Shown in pieces: positions 50,783 through 61,636 of a stretch of 64,000 nt of DNA. Position 1 is the first letter of the stretch. Every line of letters starts with the position of its first letter. The notes under the pieces are model-generated. The model was not told the origin of the DNA. It made no database searches and saw only the letters and a program-made list of their open reading frames with translations. Source of the stretch: Lepidodermella squamata (lineage: Eukaryota; Animalia; Gastrotricha); assembly GCA_047495785.1 (NCBI GenBank), contig JBLDXI010000046.1:806001-870000 (forward strand). Reading direction: 5' to 3'. The position numbers and the translations under genes are program-made.

Positions 50783-51287
50783 AGGGGTTTTTTTTATTCG
50801 CAACAAAGAATACAGCTACAGCTACAGTTTTTTGCATTCGAAAATTCGCTACAGAAATATTGTATTTCTCCTGTATTTTCCACGGATTCGAAAAAAAAAT
50901 ACAGAAAATACAGCCCTATTTTTCCAACAAGAAATACAGCCAGAAAAAGTGTGCAAAGTGTAGAAATGGGGCTGCTTGTGCGCATAAAAAGTGCCGGGGC
51001 GAAAATTAGAAGAAAAAAAGGGCTTGACCCCACGAGGAGTCGAACCATCCAAATCGATTTCGCCCATTAAACAAAGTCGCATTTGCGGTTGACTTGCACG
51101 GTTCTGTTTTTTGTACAGATTCAAAAATCATGTGCTGGAAAAATATACTTTGTACTGTATAAAATATAGCGAATTTATGAATGCGTAGATAATTATTGCA
51201 TTTTTTGCAGAAAGTGCCATTTTCGAACGACAATACACAAAATACAGTATGTACTGTTCGAAGTGTTGCGAATAAAAAAAAACCCCT
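50783..51287. mobile_element. PIF/Harbinger-like MITE inserted in the RNase H region of the outer element
   Basis: TIR AGGGGT8-9ATTCGCAACA at both ends; 3-bp CTG TSD (50780-50782, 51288-51290). Removal restores HQIT-VYTDH. Confidence 0.85.
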
Positions 51288-53983
51288 CTGTTATTTGATG
51301 GCGGGCGCCTTCAAGGTAGTGACGCCATTGTTCAAACGCGACCTTGATAGCCAGCAGTTCCTTGTCATGTACGCCGTACCGCTGTTCAGCCGCTGTGAGG
51401 CTTCGAGAGTAGAACGCACAAGGATGAAGATGACCATCTGCCGCCACTTGAGAGAGAATGCAACCAACTGCATAATTGGACGCATCGGTTTCGACAGTGA
51501 ATGGCTTCCTTTGATCAGGGTGAATCAACACGGGCGCTTGCGTGAATCGTTTCTTCAATTCCATGAAGGCTTCTTCAGCTTGACGGCTCCAGACAAAGAC
51601 CGAGTATTTGCGCATCAATCGGGTCAGCGGTTTTGTTATCGAGGCAAAATCTCTAATAAATCGACGATAAAAGTTAGCAAAGCCTAAAAAAGTTTGAACT
51701 TCCCTGAGGTTGGTCGGGCTTTTCCAGCTTCAACCTTCGCTGGCGACATGGTGATCCCATCCGTGCCGACAAGAAATCCAAGAAACTCCACTTTCTCAAC
51801 TTCGAACTCGCATTTTGTGAGCTTAGCGAACAACTTGTTTTCTCGAAGCCGTTGTAGCACCATTTTGACGTGAATTTCATGCTCGGCCAGCGAATTTGAG
51901 AAGATCAAAATGTCATCTAAATAGACGATGACAAAAATGTCGATCATGTCGCGAAAGATATCGTTCATAAAATGCTGGAATGCCGCCGGGGCCCCGGACA
52001 ATCCAAAGGGCATAACCAAATATTCGGATATCGTACCTTCTTACTTACTCGATTTAGACCACGATAATCAACAACTGGGCGTAAACTGCCATCTTTTTTC
52101 GTCACGAACATGATTGGGGATGATGCCGATGATTTGGACGGACGGATAAAACCCTTTGCCAAGTTATCTTTGAGGTAGTTTCGAAGCACTTCAAGCTCGG
52201 TTTCGGAGAGGCTGTAGATAGGGCCGAACGGCGGAGTTTTACCAGGTTCAATGTCGATACAGCAATCGTAAGAACGACGGGGCGGAAGCTTGTCAGCTTC
52301 TTTTTCATCGAAGACGTCGCTGAATTCGCGGTATTTCTCAGGCAAATGCTGGGCAGTTGAAGCGTTTCCAGTGCTCTTCGGAAGTTCTTCGCGAATGCTG
52401 CCCAAGAGTAATCGACCAGCAGCCGTATTTTCTTGGCCATCACATTGGCAGTGATGTTTACAGTAATTCGACGTGTAATGAATAATGTTCTCGTCCCAGT
52501 TGATGTACGGATTGTGAAGCTTCAACCAAGGCATGCCGAGAATCACGTTGTAATGCGGGCTCTCGATAACATCAAATTTGATCAGCTCTTTGTGGCCGGC
52601 AACTTCGAAGTTCAGCGACGCCAGTGCCAAGCGGCCGACCGTCAATGCCTTCGACGCGCGGCGGCCTTGCTTTCGGGACCAGCGGAATGCCTCGTTGGCG
52701 GGCGAATTTGGCATCGATGAAGTTCCCTTCGGCGCCACAATCAACCATCGCGAGAGCAAATGTGCCTTGGTCAGTCAGCGGTTCAACGATCATACCTTGA
52801 ATTACAAAAAGCTCAACTGAATAACAATCATCATCTTCAATTTTATTGTAATCATCACTTAGCTTTTTCGTGTTGACATTGTTAAAAATTCGAACTGGCC
52901 TTCGACGGCCGGACGCGTTCGGGCATCGAGCACACAAGTGATCAGCAGAGCCACAATAGAAGCAAAGACCCAGACGCCGGCGTCGTTCCTTTTCCGCGTT
53001 GCTTAGAGGCGCCCTAGCAACTCTACCGATCTCCATCGGAGCAGGTTCAGCATCGCTGGTGTTCGTTGAAGTTGAAACTTGATTCGCAGACGGCTCCATT
53101 GTAGAAGCGCGGTAAGAAATTGCTGGTCGACGAGTCGGTTCACGTTGCTTTTCGGCACGCCGCTCGGACAGCCTGATATCGATTCGATTGGCCTGGTCGG
53201 TCAACGCCTTCAGAGTAGTGCATGGTTCGCTGTAAGCCAACACATCCTTAATTTCGTCATTCAAACCAAGTCGAAATTGGTGACGCAAAGCCGCATCATT
53301 AAAATCCAGATCCACGCTGATTTGATTGAATTCGGATGCGTAGACCGATACTGGCCGATTGCCTTGAACCAGTTTTTCCAACCGATACAGAGCCGTAGCC
53401 TTCCGATCAGGATCATCGAAGGCCGCAGCAAAACGAATTTTGAAGGTTTTCCAATCATCCAGAAAATCTTCCTTTTTCTCGCCGGGCCAGAAAGAAGTGA
53501 CAAAACCAGGCCGACACAGAGCGGTGCAGTTGAGTAAATTGTCGGATTCATTTTTAAATAGACTTCGCACTGGTTCATGAAGCTTCGAAAAGATTTTCGG
53601 TCGCCATCGCTGGTTTGGAGCCACGTCGTGGTTCGAAACTTGCCTTGGTGCCCTGAAGTTCCTTGAGCTGAACAGTTACAGCCGCAAGTTTGTAGTGGTA
53701 ATACAAAAGGCGTATTTATGAATTAGCTGTTTATTGAGCCAAATAGTAGACGTAAAACGGTTGCTTATAAATGGTGAGTTTGGCGGGAAGGGTTTCCTGG
53801 CACGCGACTGTGAGGCTACTAGAAAGTTCTAATGAATGACGTTGATCGCGTGCCAGGCCGCACTACAACACTTCCCCCTTTTAAAAGAATAGGCAGTTAC
53901 AAATATTAAAGCAAACAACAAAATGGTATTTAAACAAAATTTTTAAGCAGCAAACAACAAACGAGTGAGAAGGCTACATCAGC

Positions 53984-56900
53984 TTAAAATACCACAGCTA
54001 AAAACGCCAGGACCATAAAACATAGACAGAAAAATAAAACAATTGAAAAAGCGAGAATAAAAATAACAATAGTAGATTCTGGCGAAGGGCGCTGGAATGC
54101 TTCAGAGAGGCGGTTGAAGAGCTGAGAACTGTTGTCGAGGACGCGGCGAACCTTTGGTGACCAGGTCGCGTCTGACGCCGAACTCAACGTCGATGGCGAC
54201 GGCGGAGCCTCGATTTGGCTTGAAGGGACAACGGTGCCGTACCGGTCGGGTTCGCGGCGTTCACGAGCAGGGCGTTGTGGTTTTTGCGGTGTGTCCGGCG
54301 GCTGGATCGCTGGCGCCTGGGCGGAGGCGGGTGGCTGTTCCGGCGCAGCAGACTTCGGAGCAGGCGGCAGCATCCACTCTTCCATCTGGGCGGCGGGTTT
54401 CAACCGGTCGACATTGACAACAAACGGGGGGTCTGAGTCGGATCGCCGAATTCGGTAATTGACGCCGTTCGGTAGGCAATCGACAACGGTGTATGGCCCA
54501 GTGAAGCGAGGTGAAAGTTTCGGGCGACGCGGTGGCGATTTCAGCCAGACAAGGTCGCCGACTTCGAAGCGAGACGTAGCAGTGAATCGGTCGTAGTACG
54601 CTTTCTGGCGGCGGTGGGCTTCATCCATATTGGCTGCGGCCTCGTCCCAAACTTGACGCAACAACCTCCGTAACGCGGAAACGTGCGGCCTGTGGCGTAG
54701 CCGCGTGAAGACGACCTCGCCGACGAGCAGATGACCAGGCAGGACGGGCAACCGACCGTACAGCATCTCGTAGGGCGAGAAACCAGTGGACGCCTGAGTA
54801 GCGGACCTGTAGGCAAACAACAACGGCGACAGGTAGAGGTCCCAGTTCGACTCCGCATCTGCGAAACATCGTAACATAGTTAACAAAATTCGGTTAAAAC
54901 GCTCGCAAAACCCATCTGTTTTGGGATGATAACCCGCGGTCCTTATCTTCTTCAGCGCCAGGTTCTGGTACAGCCGGCTGGTCAGCTCTGATTCGAATTG
55001 CCCGCCCTGGTCAGTCAGCAAGCTCGACGGGATGCCGTAGCGACAGACGAAGTCGACGATGCGTGGAGCGACAGAGGCGGCAGACTGATCGCGAAGCGGG
55101 TAAACCTCAGCCCATTTCGTGAAAACGTCGGTCACAACGAGGACGGCGTTGTATCCTCGGTTGGTCGGCGGTAACTTCAGAATATCCATTGCCACGACTT
55201 CGAAAGGGTAGCTCGCCGTGACTCGTTGAAGCGGCGCGGTGGTCTTGCGGTTCGACGCTTTGGCGCGACAACACGGCTCGCATGCCAGACAGAATCGGCG
55301 GATGTCGTCACCCATACCTGGCCAGTAGAAGGCGGCACGAACGCGGTCTGTCGTAGTCTTGATCCCAAGGTGGCCGGCGGTCGGTGAGCTATGCAAAACA
55401 AATAGAATCTCGGAGCTTAATGCTCCGGGAAGCAACAGCAATCTTTTTCCGCCAACAATGAAATAAAATATACCGTTGAGCTCGACGATGCGGTGCCAAC
55501 TGTTGCTGAAGGCCCGTGATCGTCGAGTGCAGCCGGTAACTCGCGGTCGGCGATGCGGATCGGCGGCCAAAGCGCGCAGCGTAGGTCCCATGACGGGGTC
55601 ATCGAGTTGAAGCTGGCGCACAGTCTCGACCTCCAACTTGTAGTCGGCGGTGAGGTCAATGGCGCGAACGATCGGCGGAAAGGCGTACTCGTCAATCACA
55701 TCGTCGCAGGGCGAGGAGGTCGGCGCACGAGAAAGGGCGTCGGCGACGAGCTGCAGTTTCCCAGGGACATACTCGATAGCGAAGTTGAATTGGCTTAACC
55801 AGATGATCCACCTTTGCAGTCTTCGCGACGGTTCACGCACTGTTTGAAGGAAAGAGAGCGGCTTGTGGTCCGATAGCAACGCCACATGCTGGCCGCAGAT
55901 GTAGGAACGCCACTGCTGAGTCGCCCAGACCAATGCGAGGCATTCCTTCTCGGTCGTCGGGTACCGAGTCTCAGCGGGCGTCATCTTGCGGCTAGCGAAG
56001 GCTACAGGGCAGTCGTTGCCGTCGTCGTCGAGTTGTGACAACATGGCGCCAAGAGCGAAATCGGACGCGTCAGCCGAGATGCGGAACGGGCGGTCGAAAC
56101 GTGGGCTCTGCAACACCGTTTCGGCGGCGATCGCTTTCTTCAGAGCCGTGAAACTCGCCTGGTGTCGATCGTTCCACTGGAACACGTCCGCGTTCAGCAG
56201 CTCGGTGAGGTCGTTCGAGATCGCGGCGAAGTGCGGCACGAAGGACCGCAAGTAGCTGGCCATGCCGTAGAAGCGGCGAAGCTCGGAGGCGTCCATCGGC
56301 GGCGGGAAGTTGACGATAGCCGAAACCTTGGCAGGATCGGCGGAAACAGCGCCACTACGGCCTAGAATGCGCCCTAAAAAGCGGACAGAGGAGCAAAACA
56401 GATTAGTCTTCTTAGGGTGTAATTTCAGACCGGATTTCCTGAGACGATTCAAAACTTCGCGAAGGACCTGAAGATGTTCGTCGAAAGTCCTCGCGAAGAT
56501 AATGACATCGTCCAGGTAGGCGATGACGTTCCGGTAGAGCAAATCCGGGCCGATGACCTGCTCCATTAGACGCTGGAAAGTCGCCGGGGCGTTGCACAGG
56601 CCAAATGGGAGCATACGGAACTGGAACAGGCCTCGATGTGACGTGAACGCTGTCTTCGGACGGTCTTCATCGGCGACCGGACACTGCCAGTAGCCCGACT
56701 TCAGGTCGATGACCGAGTAGAAGTTGCATCCGGCGAAGAAGTCGAATATCTCCGACTGCAACGGCAACGGGTTGACATCCTTCTTGGTGACGGCGTTGAG
56801 CCAGCGGTAGTCGATGGCGAAGCGCTTGGTGCCATCAGCCTTGTCGGTAAGGCAGATCTGAGACGACCAGGCGCTGTTACTCGGCTCGATAATGCCAGCG

Positions 56901-57634
56901 GCTAGCATCTCGTCAATCTGGCGGTTGATCTCGGCCAGCTCGAGCGGGCTGAAATGGCGGCGATAGGCCTTCACTGGTGCTGCGTTACCAGTTTCGATCC
57001 GATGAGCAACCAGGTTCGTGCGACCAATCGTGCCGTCAAACAAGTCGGCGAAATCGGCGAGGAGCTGATCGCGTGATGTGGCCTGATCGGGCGTAAGATC
57101 AGAGTGAACGGCCTGGAAAGAAGCGGCGCGTAACTTCTCGGCAAGTTCGAACAGTGGTCGTGACCGGCGTGGGGCAGGCTGAATAATCGGAGCGCAGCGG
57201 CCTTCCAGATACAGGCATTGGTGCTGGCAGTCAATCAGCACGGAGTGGCGCGCGAGGAAGTCGTAACCAAGAATGACGTCAGGCGAAAATTCGGAAACAG
57301 AAAGAAAGTCGTGTGTAAACGGTAAGCCAGCAATATTGAAAGTTAAATTGACCTTACCGTTTACAGGGACGACGGAGCCGTCGACGGTGGCGATGAAAGG
57401 TGACTGAGATGGCGAACTGGACAAGTGTAACGAGTCGATAAGTTGGGAAGAAACTGTCGAAGTGGTGGCACCGGTATCAATAAGAGCAAGGAACGGGACG
57501 CCAGCGATGGTGATCTTGACGCGGCAGTCGTAAAGCTGGCGTGCCAATGTTGAGGGCCCATCGACTGCCTTCGCCCCCAGGAACTCGATCGGCTGGGGCA
57601 GGGGCGTCATTGCCGCCAGCCGCCCCCATTTGGG
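53984..57634 (-). CDS. pol: Pol (PR-RT-RNase H-IN) of the inner element, reached by -1 frameshift
   Basis: LIDTGA, MLPFGLCNAP, YLDD, ADAS/EKECLA, HSSPTAGH...CEPC, MDIL/TDQG/ERFN, GPY. ~1200 aa uninterrupted. Confidence 0.95.
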   Translation of the reverse strand, partial: PKWGRLAAMTPLPQPIEFLGAKAVDGPSTLARQLYDCRVKITIAGVPFLALIDTGATTSTVSSQLIDSLHLSSSPSQSPFIATVDGSVVPVNGKVNLTFNIAGLPFTHDFLSVSEFSPDVILGYDFLARHSVLIDCQHQCLYLEGRCAPIIQPAPRRSRPLFELAEKLRAASFQAVHSDLTPDQATSRDQLLADFADLFDGTIGRTNLVAHRIETGNAAPVKAYRRHFSPLELAEINRQIDEMLAAGIIEPSNSAWSSQICLTDKADGTKRFAIDYRWLNAVTKKDVNPLPLQSEIFDFFAGCNFYSVIDLKSGYWQCPVADEDRPKTAFTSHRGLFQFRMLPFGLCNAPATFQRLMEQVIGPDLLYRNVIAYLDDVIIFARTFDEHLQVLREVLNRLRKSGLKLHPKKTNLFCSSVRFLGRILGRSGAVSADPAKVSAIVNFPPPMDASELRRFYGMASYLRSFVPHFAAISNDLTELLNADVFQWNDRHQASFTALKKAIAAETVLQSPRFDRPFRISADASDFALGAMLSQLDDDGNDCPVAFASRKMTPAETRYPTTEKECLALVWATQQWRSYICGQHVALLSDHKPLSFLQTVREPSRRLQRWIIWLSQFNFAIEYVPGKLQLVADALSRAPTSSPCDDVIDEYAFPPIVRAIDLTADYKLEVETVRQLQLDDPVMGPTLRALAADPHRRPRVTGCTRRSRAFSNSWHRIVELNGIFYFIVGGKRLLLLPGALSSEILFVLHSSPTAGHLGIKTTTDRVRAAFYWPGMGDDIRRFCLACEPCCRAKASNRKTTAPLQRVTASYPFEVVAMDILKLPPTNRGYNAVLVVTDVFTKWAEVYPLRDQSAASVAPRIVDFVCRYGIPSSLLTDQGGQFESELTSRLYQNLALKKIRTAGYHPKTDGFCERFNRILLTMLRCFADAESNWDLYLSPLLFAYRSATQASTGFSPYEMLYGRLPVLPGHLLVGEVVFTRLRHRPHVSALRRLLRQVWDEAAANMDEAHRRQKAYYDRFTATSRFEVGDLVWLKSPPRRPKLSPRFTGPYTVVDCLPNGVNYRIRRSDSDPPFVVNVDRLKPAAQMEEWMLPPAPKSAAPEQPPASAQAPAIQPPDTPQKPQRPARERREPDRYGTVVPSSQIEAPPSPSTLSSASDATWSPKVRRVLDNSSQLFNRLSEAFQRPSPESTIVIFILAFSIVLFFCLCFMVLAFLAVVF

Positions 57635-58938
57635 CAGCTGCGGGCGTAGTGACCAGTGAGTCCACATCGGTAGCAAGCATTGTAGTCGGGCCGGCGACCA
57701 GATCGATCGACACCGTAGTTGTACCGGGAGCCGGGACGGCCGCCTCGTTGCGGGTCGGATCGGCGATTGGGCGCGGCTGAATCGTGGGCGGCGTGATCAG
57801 GCGGTTGATAGCCGTTGCGTGGCGCGTGAGAAGAATAATCGTTATTATGATGGCAACACGAATGGCTACAAGGCACATACCTGCCCCGGGAGCCGTACGC
57901 GGGCGCCATACCGCGACGACCCCGGGAACCCTGGCCTCGACCGTTGCGGCCGTGGCCAAAGGCGCGGACTTGTTGATGGGACTCGCCATTAGCAACCGGC
58001 GGTGCAGCGACAGACGTCGTCGAAGCCGTCGGGACCAGGGTAGCCGTCGAAGTCGAAGACGACGCAGGCGGAGCGGCAACAGTGACCGGTGTCGGGGCAA
58101 CAACGGGCGTAACGACAGGCGCGGCAGCGAGCACGGGTAGGACGGCTTGGCTCGGCCCCAAGGCGGCAGCGGCGAGAGCGTCAGTTTCGTGACGGGCAAT
58201 TGTCACGGCCTCAGGCAACGAGGCAGGTCGCTGACGGTGCAACTGCACACGAACTGTTCCGTCTGACAGGCCGTCGAGGAACTGCTCCAGAACATGCTGG
58301 CGACGAACAGGACTGGTCTGATCGGGGAATGCCAGCTCAGCCTTCTCCTCAAGCGCCATGACGTAGGCTGGGATTGATTGACCAGGTTGCTGAACCATGC
58401 GACGAAAGTGGGCGCGCTCGATGGCAGCTTGACGGACAAGGCCCAGATCCACCAGGGCCTGATGGCAGAGACGACGGAGAGTGATGGCATGCTCATGCCG
58501 GTAAATAGAATCGAGGACTCGGAAGGTCGGCGGATCAACAGCTGTCAAGAGTTCGTCGATCTTGCGAGCATCATCGGCGCCATAGACGGAGGTCGCCCAG
58601 CATCGAAATTGGTCGAAGTACAACTTCAGATCAGTGCCGGGCTGGAACTTCGGCGGCTTCCGCAGGCGGACCGGCGCGGCCGCAGCAGCGGCAACAGGCG
58701 CGGCCAGGGGCTCAACAACAGCAACGACGCCAGCCTCAAGCGGGTCCGCAGCAACAGGCGGGTGCCCAGCAGCCAGACCAGCAGCAGCAGCGGCGGCACG
58801 GCGACCGCGGCGAACGGGCGGCGGCGGTGGGCCAGCGGCGACCGGGGCCACAACGGCATCAGGGTCAACGGGAGCAGCCGCGACAACTGGGGCACGGCGC
58901 CCCCTACCCCTACCAGCGGCAACGCGACGGGTAACCAT
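57607..58938 (-). CDS. gag: Gag of the inner element
   Basis: 443 aa ORF; QQPGQSIPAY...EQFLDGL capsid-like region; CCHC knuckle CYRCGLTGHYARSC. Confidence 0.92.
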   Translation of the reverse strand: MVTRRVAAGRGRGRRAPVVAAAPVDPDAVVAPVAAGPPPPPVRRGRRAAAAAAGLAAGHPPVAADPLEAGVVAVVEPLAAPVAAAAAAPVRLRKPPKFQPGTDLKLYFDQFRCWATSVYGADDARKIDELLTAVDPPTFRVLDSIYRHEHAITLRRLCHQALVDLGLVRQAAIERAHFRRMVQQPGQSIPAYVMALEEKAELAFPDQTSPVRRQHVLEQFLDGLSDGTVRVQLHRQRPASLPEAVTIARHETDALAAAALGPSQAVLPVLAAAPVVTPVVAPTPVTVAAPPASSSTSTATLVPTASTTSVAAPPVANGESHQQVRAFGHGRNGRGQGSRGRRGMAPAYGSRGRYVPCSHSCCHHNNDYSSHAPRNGYQPPDHAAHDSAAPNRRSDPQRGGRPGSRYNYGVDRSGRRPDYNACYRCGLTGHYARSCPNGGGWRQ

Positions 58939-59486
58939 CGGAGGAGAGAAAAAGCAACAACAAGAAACAACAAGAGTAAAAAAAAGAAGCAGAGTTCAGG
59001 CCAGTGGCCACCAAAATGTAGTGGTAATACAAAAGGCGTATTTATGAATTAGCTGTTTATTGAGCCAAATAGTAGACGTAAAACGGTTGCTTATAAATGG
59101 TGAGTTTGGCGGGAAGGGTTTCCTGGCACGCGACTGTGAGGCTACTAGAAAGTTCTAATGAATGACGTTGATCGCGTGCCAGGCCGCACTACAAGTTGGC
59201 TGGCGAGAGCTTCGACTTGCTCAGTCGTAGGTGCAGGCATCGACATCGCACACCAATGTTGGGTAGGGCCAAAGACGATGAATTGATTCTGGTTATTTTG
59301 TAAGCAAACAACGACACCCTTAAGGCAACATTGATGTTTATTAAAACAAGGAAATAACCAGAATAAAGATCCATGGTACAAACGCGTGCTTATAACGCCA
59401 ATGATTATCAATCAACGACTGCGCAATAGAAGCGTACCATAATAACGAGAACAATATCGAAATATCACAAGTGTTATACTGTTACA

Positions 59487-61155
59487 ATGCCTGGAAGTCG
59501 GCCAACAATCGTACGCATGGCCACCCTTACTCGACAAGTTTCTTCCTTCTTAAATACACTGTTCTTTCCCTCCAAGCCATTGTCGGTGGTGCACAAAGGC
59601 GTCCAACCTTCGTACCATCCCCTTAACGTTCCGTCCTGATACATTCGTTTGAAATGCACCAAGAAGTCACCCATGTAGGGTTTCTTGGACCATTTGGCGT
59701 GAAACAACTTGCACACCCTGTCGAATTCAACCGAATCCTTTGCAAGTTGAAACTGTTGTAGGTCCTTTTTCACCTGGCGCCAAAGACCCTTTCTTCGCAG
59801 TGCGATAATTCTGGTCTTGCAGACTTTTTGAACATGGAACCAGCACATAGACCGACGAGCACGCGGGAATTCAGCTTCGGCCGCAGCAGTGATTCCCGGG
59901 CAACCGTCGCCCAGGACGAATCTGACGATATCTTCAAGCTCTTCAGGATCTTCGCGCGTTCGAACGAGCTGATAACCCTCTGCAAAAGCAATGAATCGAT
60001 GAAATGCTGGTATAAGGATTATAAATTCGATTAAAAAACCTTTCAAAGCTTGAAAAAGGGCCTGATAGCACTCCTTCTCCTCCCCACTAGCAATGGCAAA
60101 CATTACGGTATGAAACTTTCTCTTTTGATCTGAAACACCGGCAACCAAAAGCGGAACGTTGTCCGGATCCCGGATTATCTTGAAGGTCGCATCGGTTTGC
60201 AAATTTTTCGAAAATCTGTTCAGAAACTTTTAATCTCACAAGGCTGATGCTTTCAGATTTAAAATACCTCAATTTGTTGAGCATTTTCCTGGACGAATAA
60301 CAAATCGCGAAAGGCGCAGGATCTTCTTCACCAATCCAGCGCTTGACAATGAAAGCTTTGTCTTCTTCTTCTGGCCCAGGTACTTGGGAATACGGTTCGG
60401 TGATTTCCATTAGTTCGACAGAATCGGGAGTACCCACTGCTGTGACCTTCTGGCCATTGATCGTTTTTCGCCGGTAAACCAGTGCGTTGTTGATCTGAAC
60501 TGTCTCCATCGCTGGCAACTTGCCTTCATGCAGCTTCTCCTTCACCGTCTTGGCTGACCAGCCGTTTCTCGCTGCTTCCATGAGCAAGTTGTGTACTGCT
60601 GGCTGGAATCGGAAAGTTTCGTTCTCAGGATTAATCAGCTGGTGATCGTGTTCAATGGCTTCATTCTCGGGCACTTCGTTCTCTTCATCGCTTGAATCGT
60701 CATCGGAAGCTGAATCATGCTGCCTGTTCTTGTTTACATAGCAAACAGCCTGTCCGGGTTCGTCGAAATCTTGGAGTAACACGATTTTCCCACGTCGCCA
60801 GCACGGGTGATAGTTTTCCTTGTTGGCGTAGGAGCATTTCAAGAAATAGGAAGGGTGTCTTACATTGCCTAGAAGAAAAAATGTTTGAAAAATGGGGAAT
60901 TATATAAAGTAATTTGAAATAACCTTTGGCCAAGAAGCTATCGATTTCTTTGACTTTGGCATAAGCATCTTCAATATTGAGGACGTCAAACCTGCTGTGC
61001 TCAACGTACACCTCTTTGGGTCCGCGCTTCTTGTTGCTCTCGATCATAGGAAACTCATCATCGTCGATCTCGCCGAAAACCTCTCCGGATGAAGCCGAAT
61101 TGCCGAAATCCTCGAATGCAACTTCTGAGCCCGCCGATGAATCAGAATCAGACAT
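59487..61155 (-). mobile_element. Mutator-like (MULE) transposase gene with introns, 3'-truncated at the outer LTR
   Basis: QTDATFK...LLVAGVSDQKRKFH...VLGDG...MCWFHV...TDNGLEGKN matches the MULE DDE domain; acidic N-terminus from ATG 61155. Confidence 0.85.
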
Positions 61156-61447
61156 ATTCGAAAAGGATATAATAAACCTATAACCCATGTGATTTATTGG
61201 TACACAAGACGTAATTGATGTTATACAAAAGTGATGCCAAGTACCAAAAATATTAAATAATCAGCTGATAAACAGCGAACATTCTTTGAAATGGATAAAA
61301 GAAAATTGACGTTGAAAAACTTGAGAAACACCATCTGCTCACGCGCAAACTGAAGTGGACGCGTGTCTATGGGTCAAGGTTCACCTATTACGACTCAAGT
61401 GCTTCGAAAAATATGAATAGCAAGTAGCCACAATGCTCAAGGCGATT

Positions 61448-61620
61448 AGGTACTGATTTAAATGAGTTTTGGTACAGAATTAAATAGATTTGGTACTAAA
61501 TTCAATGATTTTAGGTTTGGTAAGAAATTCAGCATTTTGGTAATGAATTAAATGATTTGGTACTGAAATAAAAATAAATGTTTTAGTACGAAATTAAATG
61601 AAATAGGTATTGAATTAAGA
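61448..61620. repeat. Degenerate ~21-bp tandem repeat (ttttggtac.gaattaaatga)
   Basis: About eight diverged units between the MULE gene and A10. Confidence 0.6.
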
Positions 61621-61636
61621 CCATCCACAGGTGAAA

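Larger units (their letters stand above)
53691..59193 (-). mobile_element. Intact Ty3/Gypsy LTR retrotransposon nested in gag of the outer element; LTRs 53691-53867 and 59017-59193
   Basis: Identical 177-bp LTRs (TGTAGTG..CACTACA), AGTT TSD (53687-53690, 59194-59197), PPT AAAAGGGGGAAG, PBS-like TGGTGGCCA. Confidence 0.95.
49948..59486 (-). mobile_element. Tf1/sushi-like (chromovirus-type) Ty3/Gypsy LTR retrotransposon, internally deleted; LTRs 49948-50137 and 59299-59486
   Basis: TG..CA LTRs (190/188 bp) flanked by ATGCC; PPT at 50138-50152. Gag CFYCGSADHLCARC, PR MVDCGA, RT VMPFGL/YLDD, RNase [22 protein letters not shown]...SDRGTQF fused to a YPRKPGP tail. Confidence 0.92.

Noticed and set aside
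57477-59052. Long overlapping and antisense ORFs over gag (240, 224, 137, 115 aa)
   Set aside because: Expected shadow ORFs in GC-rich, low-complexity coding DNA; no motifs.
61448-61620. CRISPR-like array
   Set aside because: Degenerate head-to-tail units without unique spacers, no cas genes, eukaryotic context.
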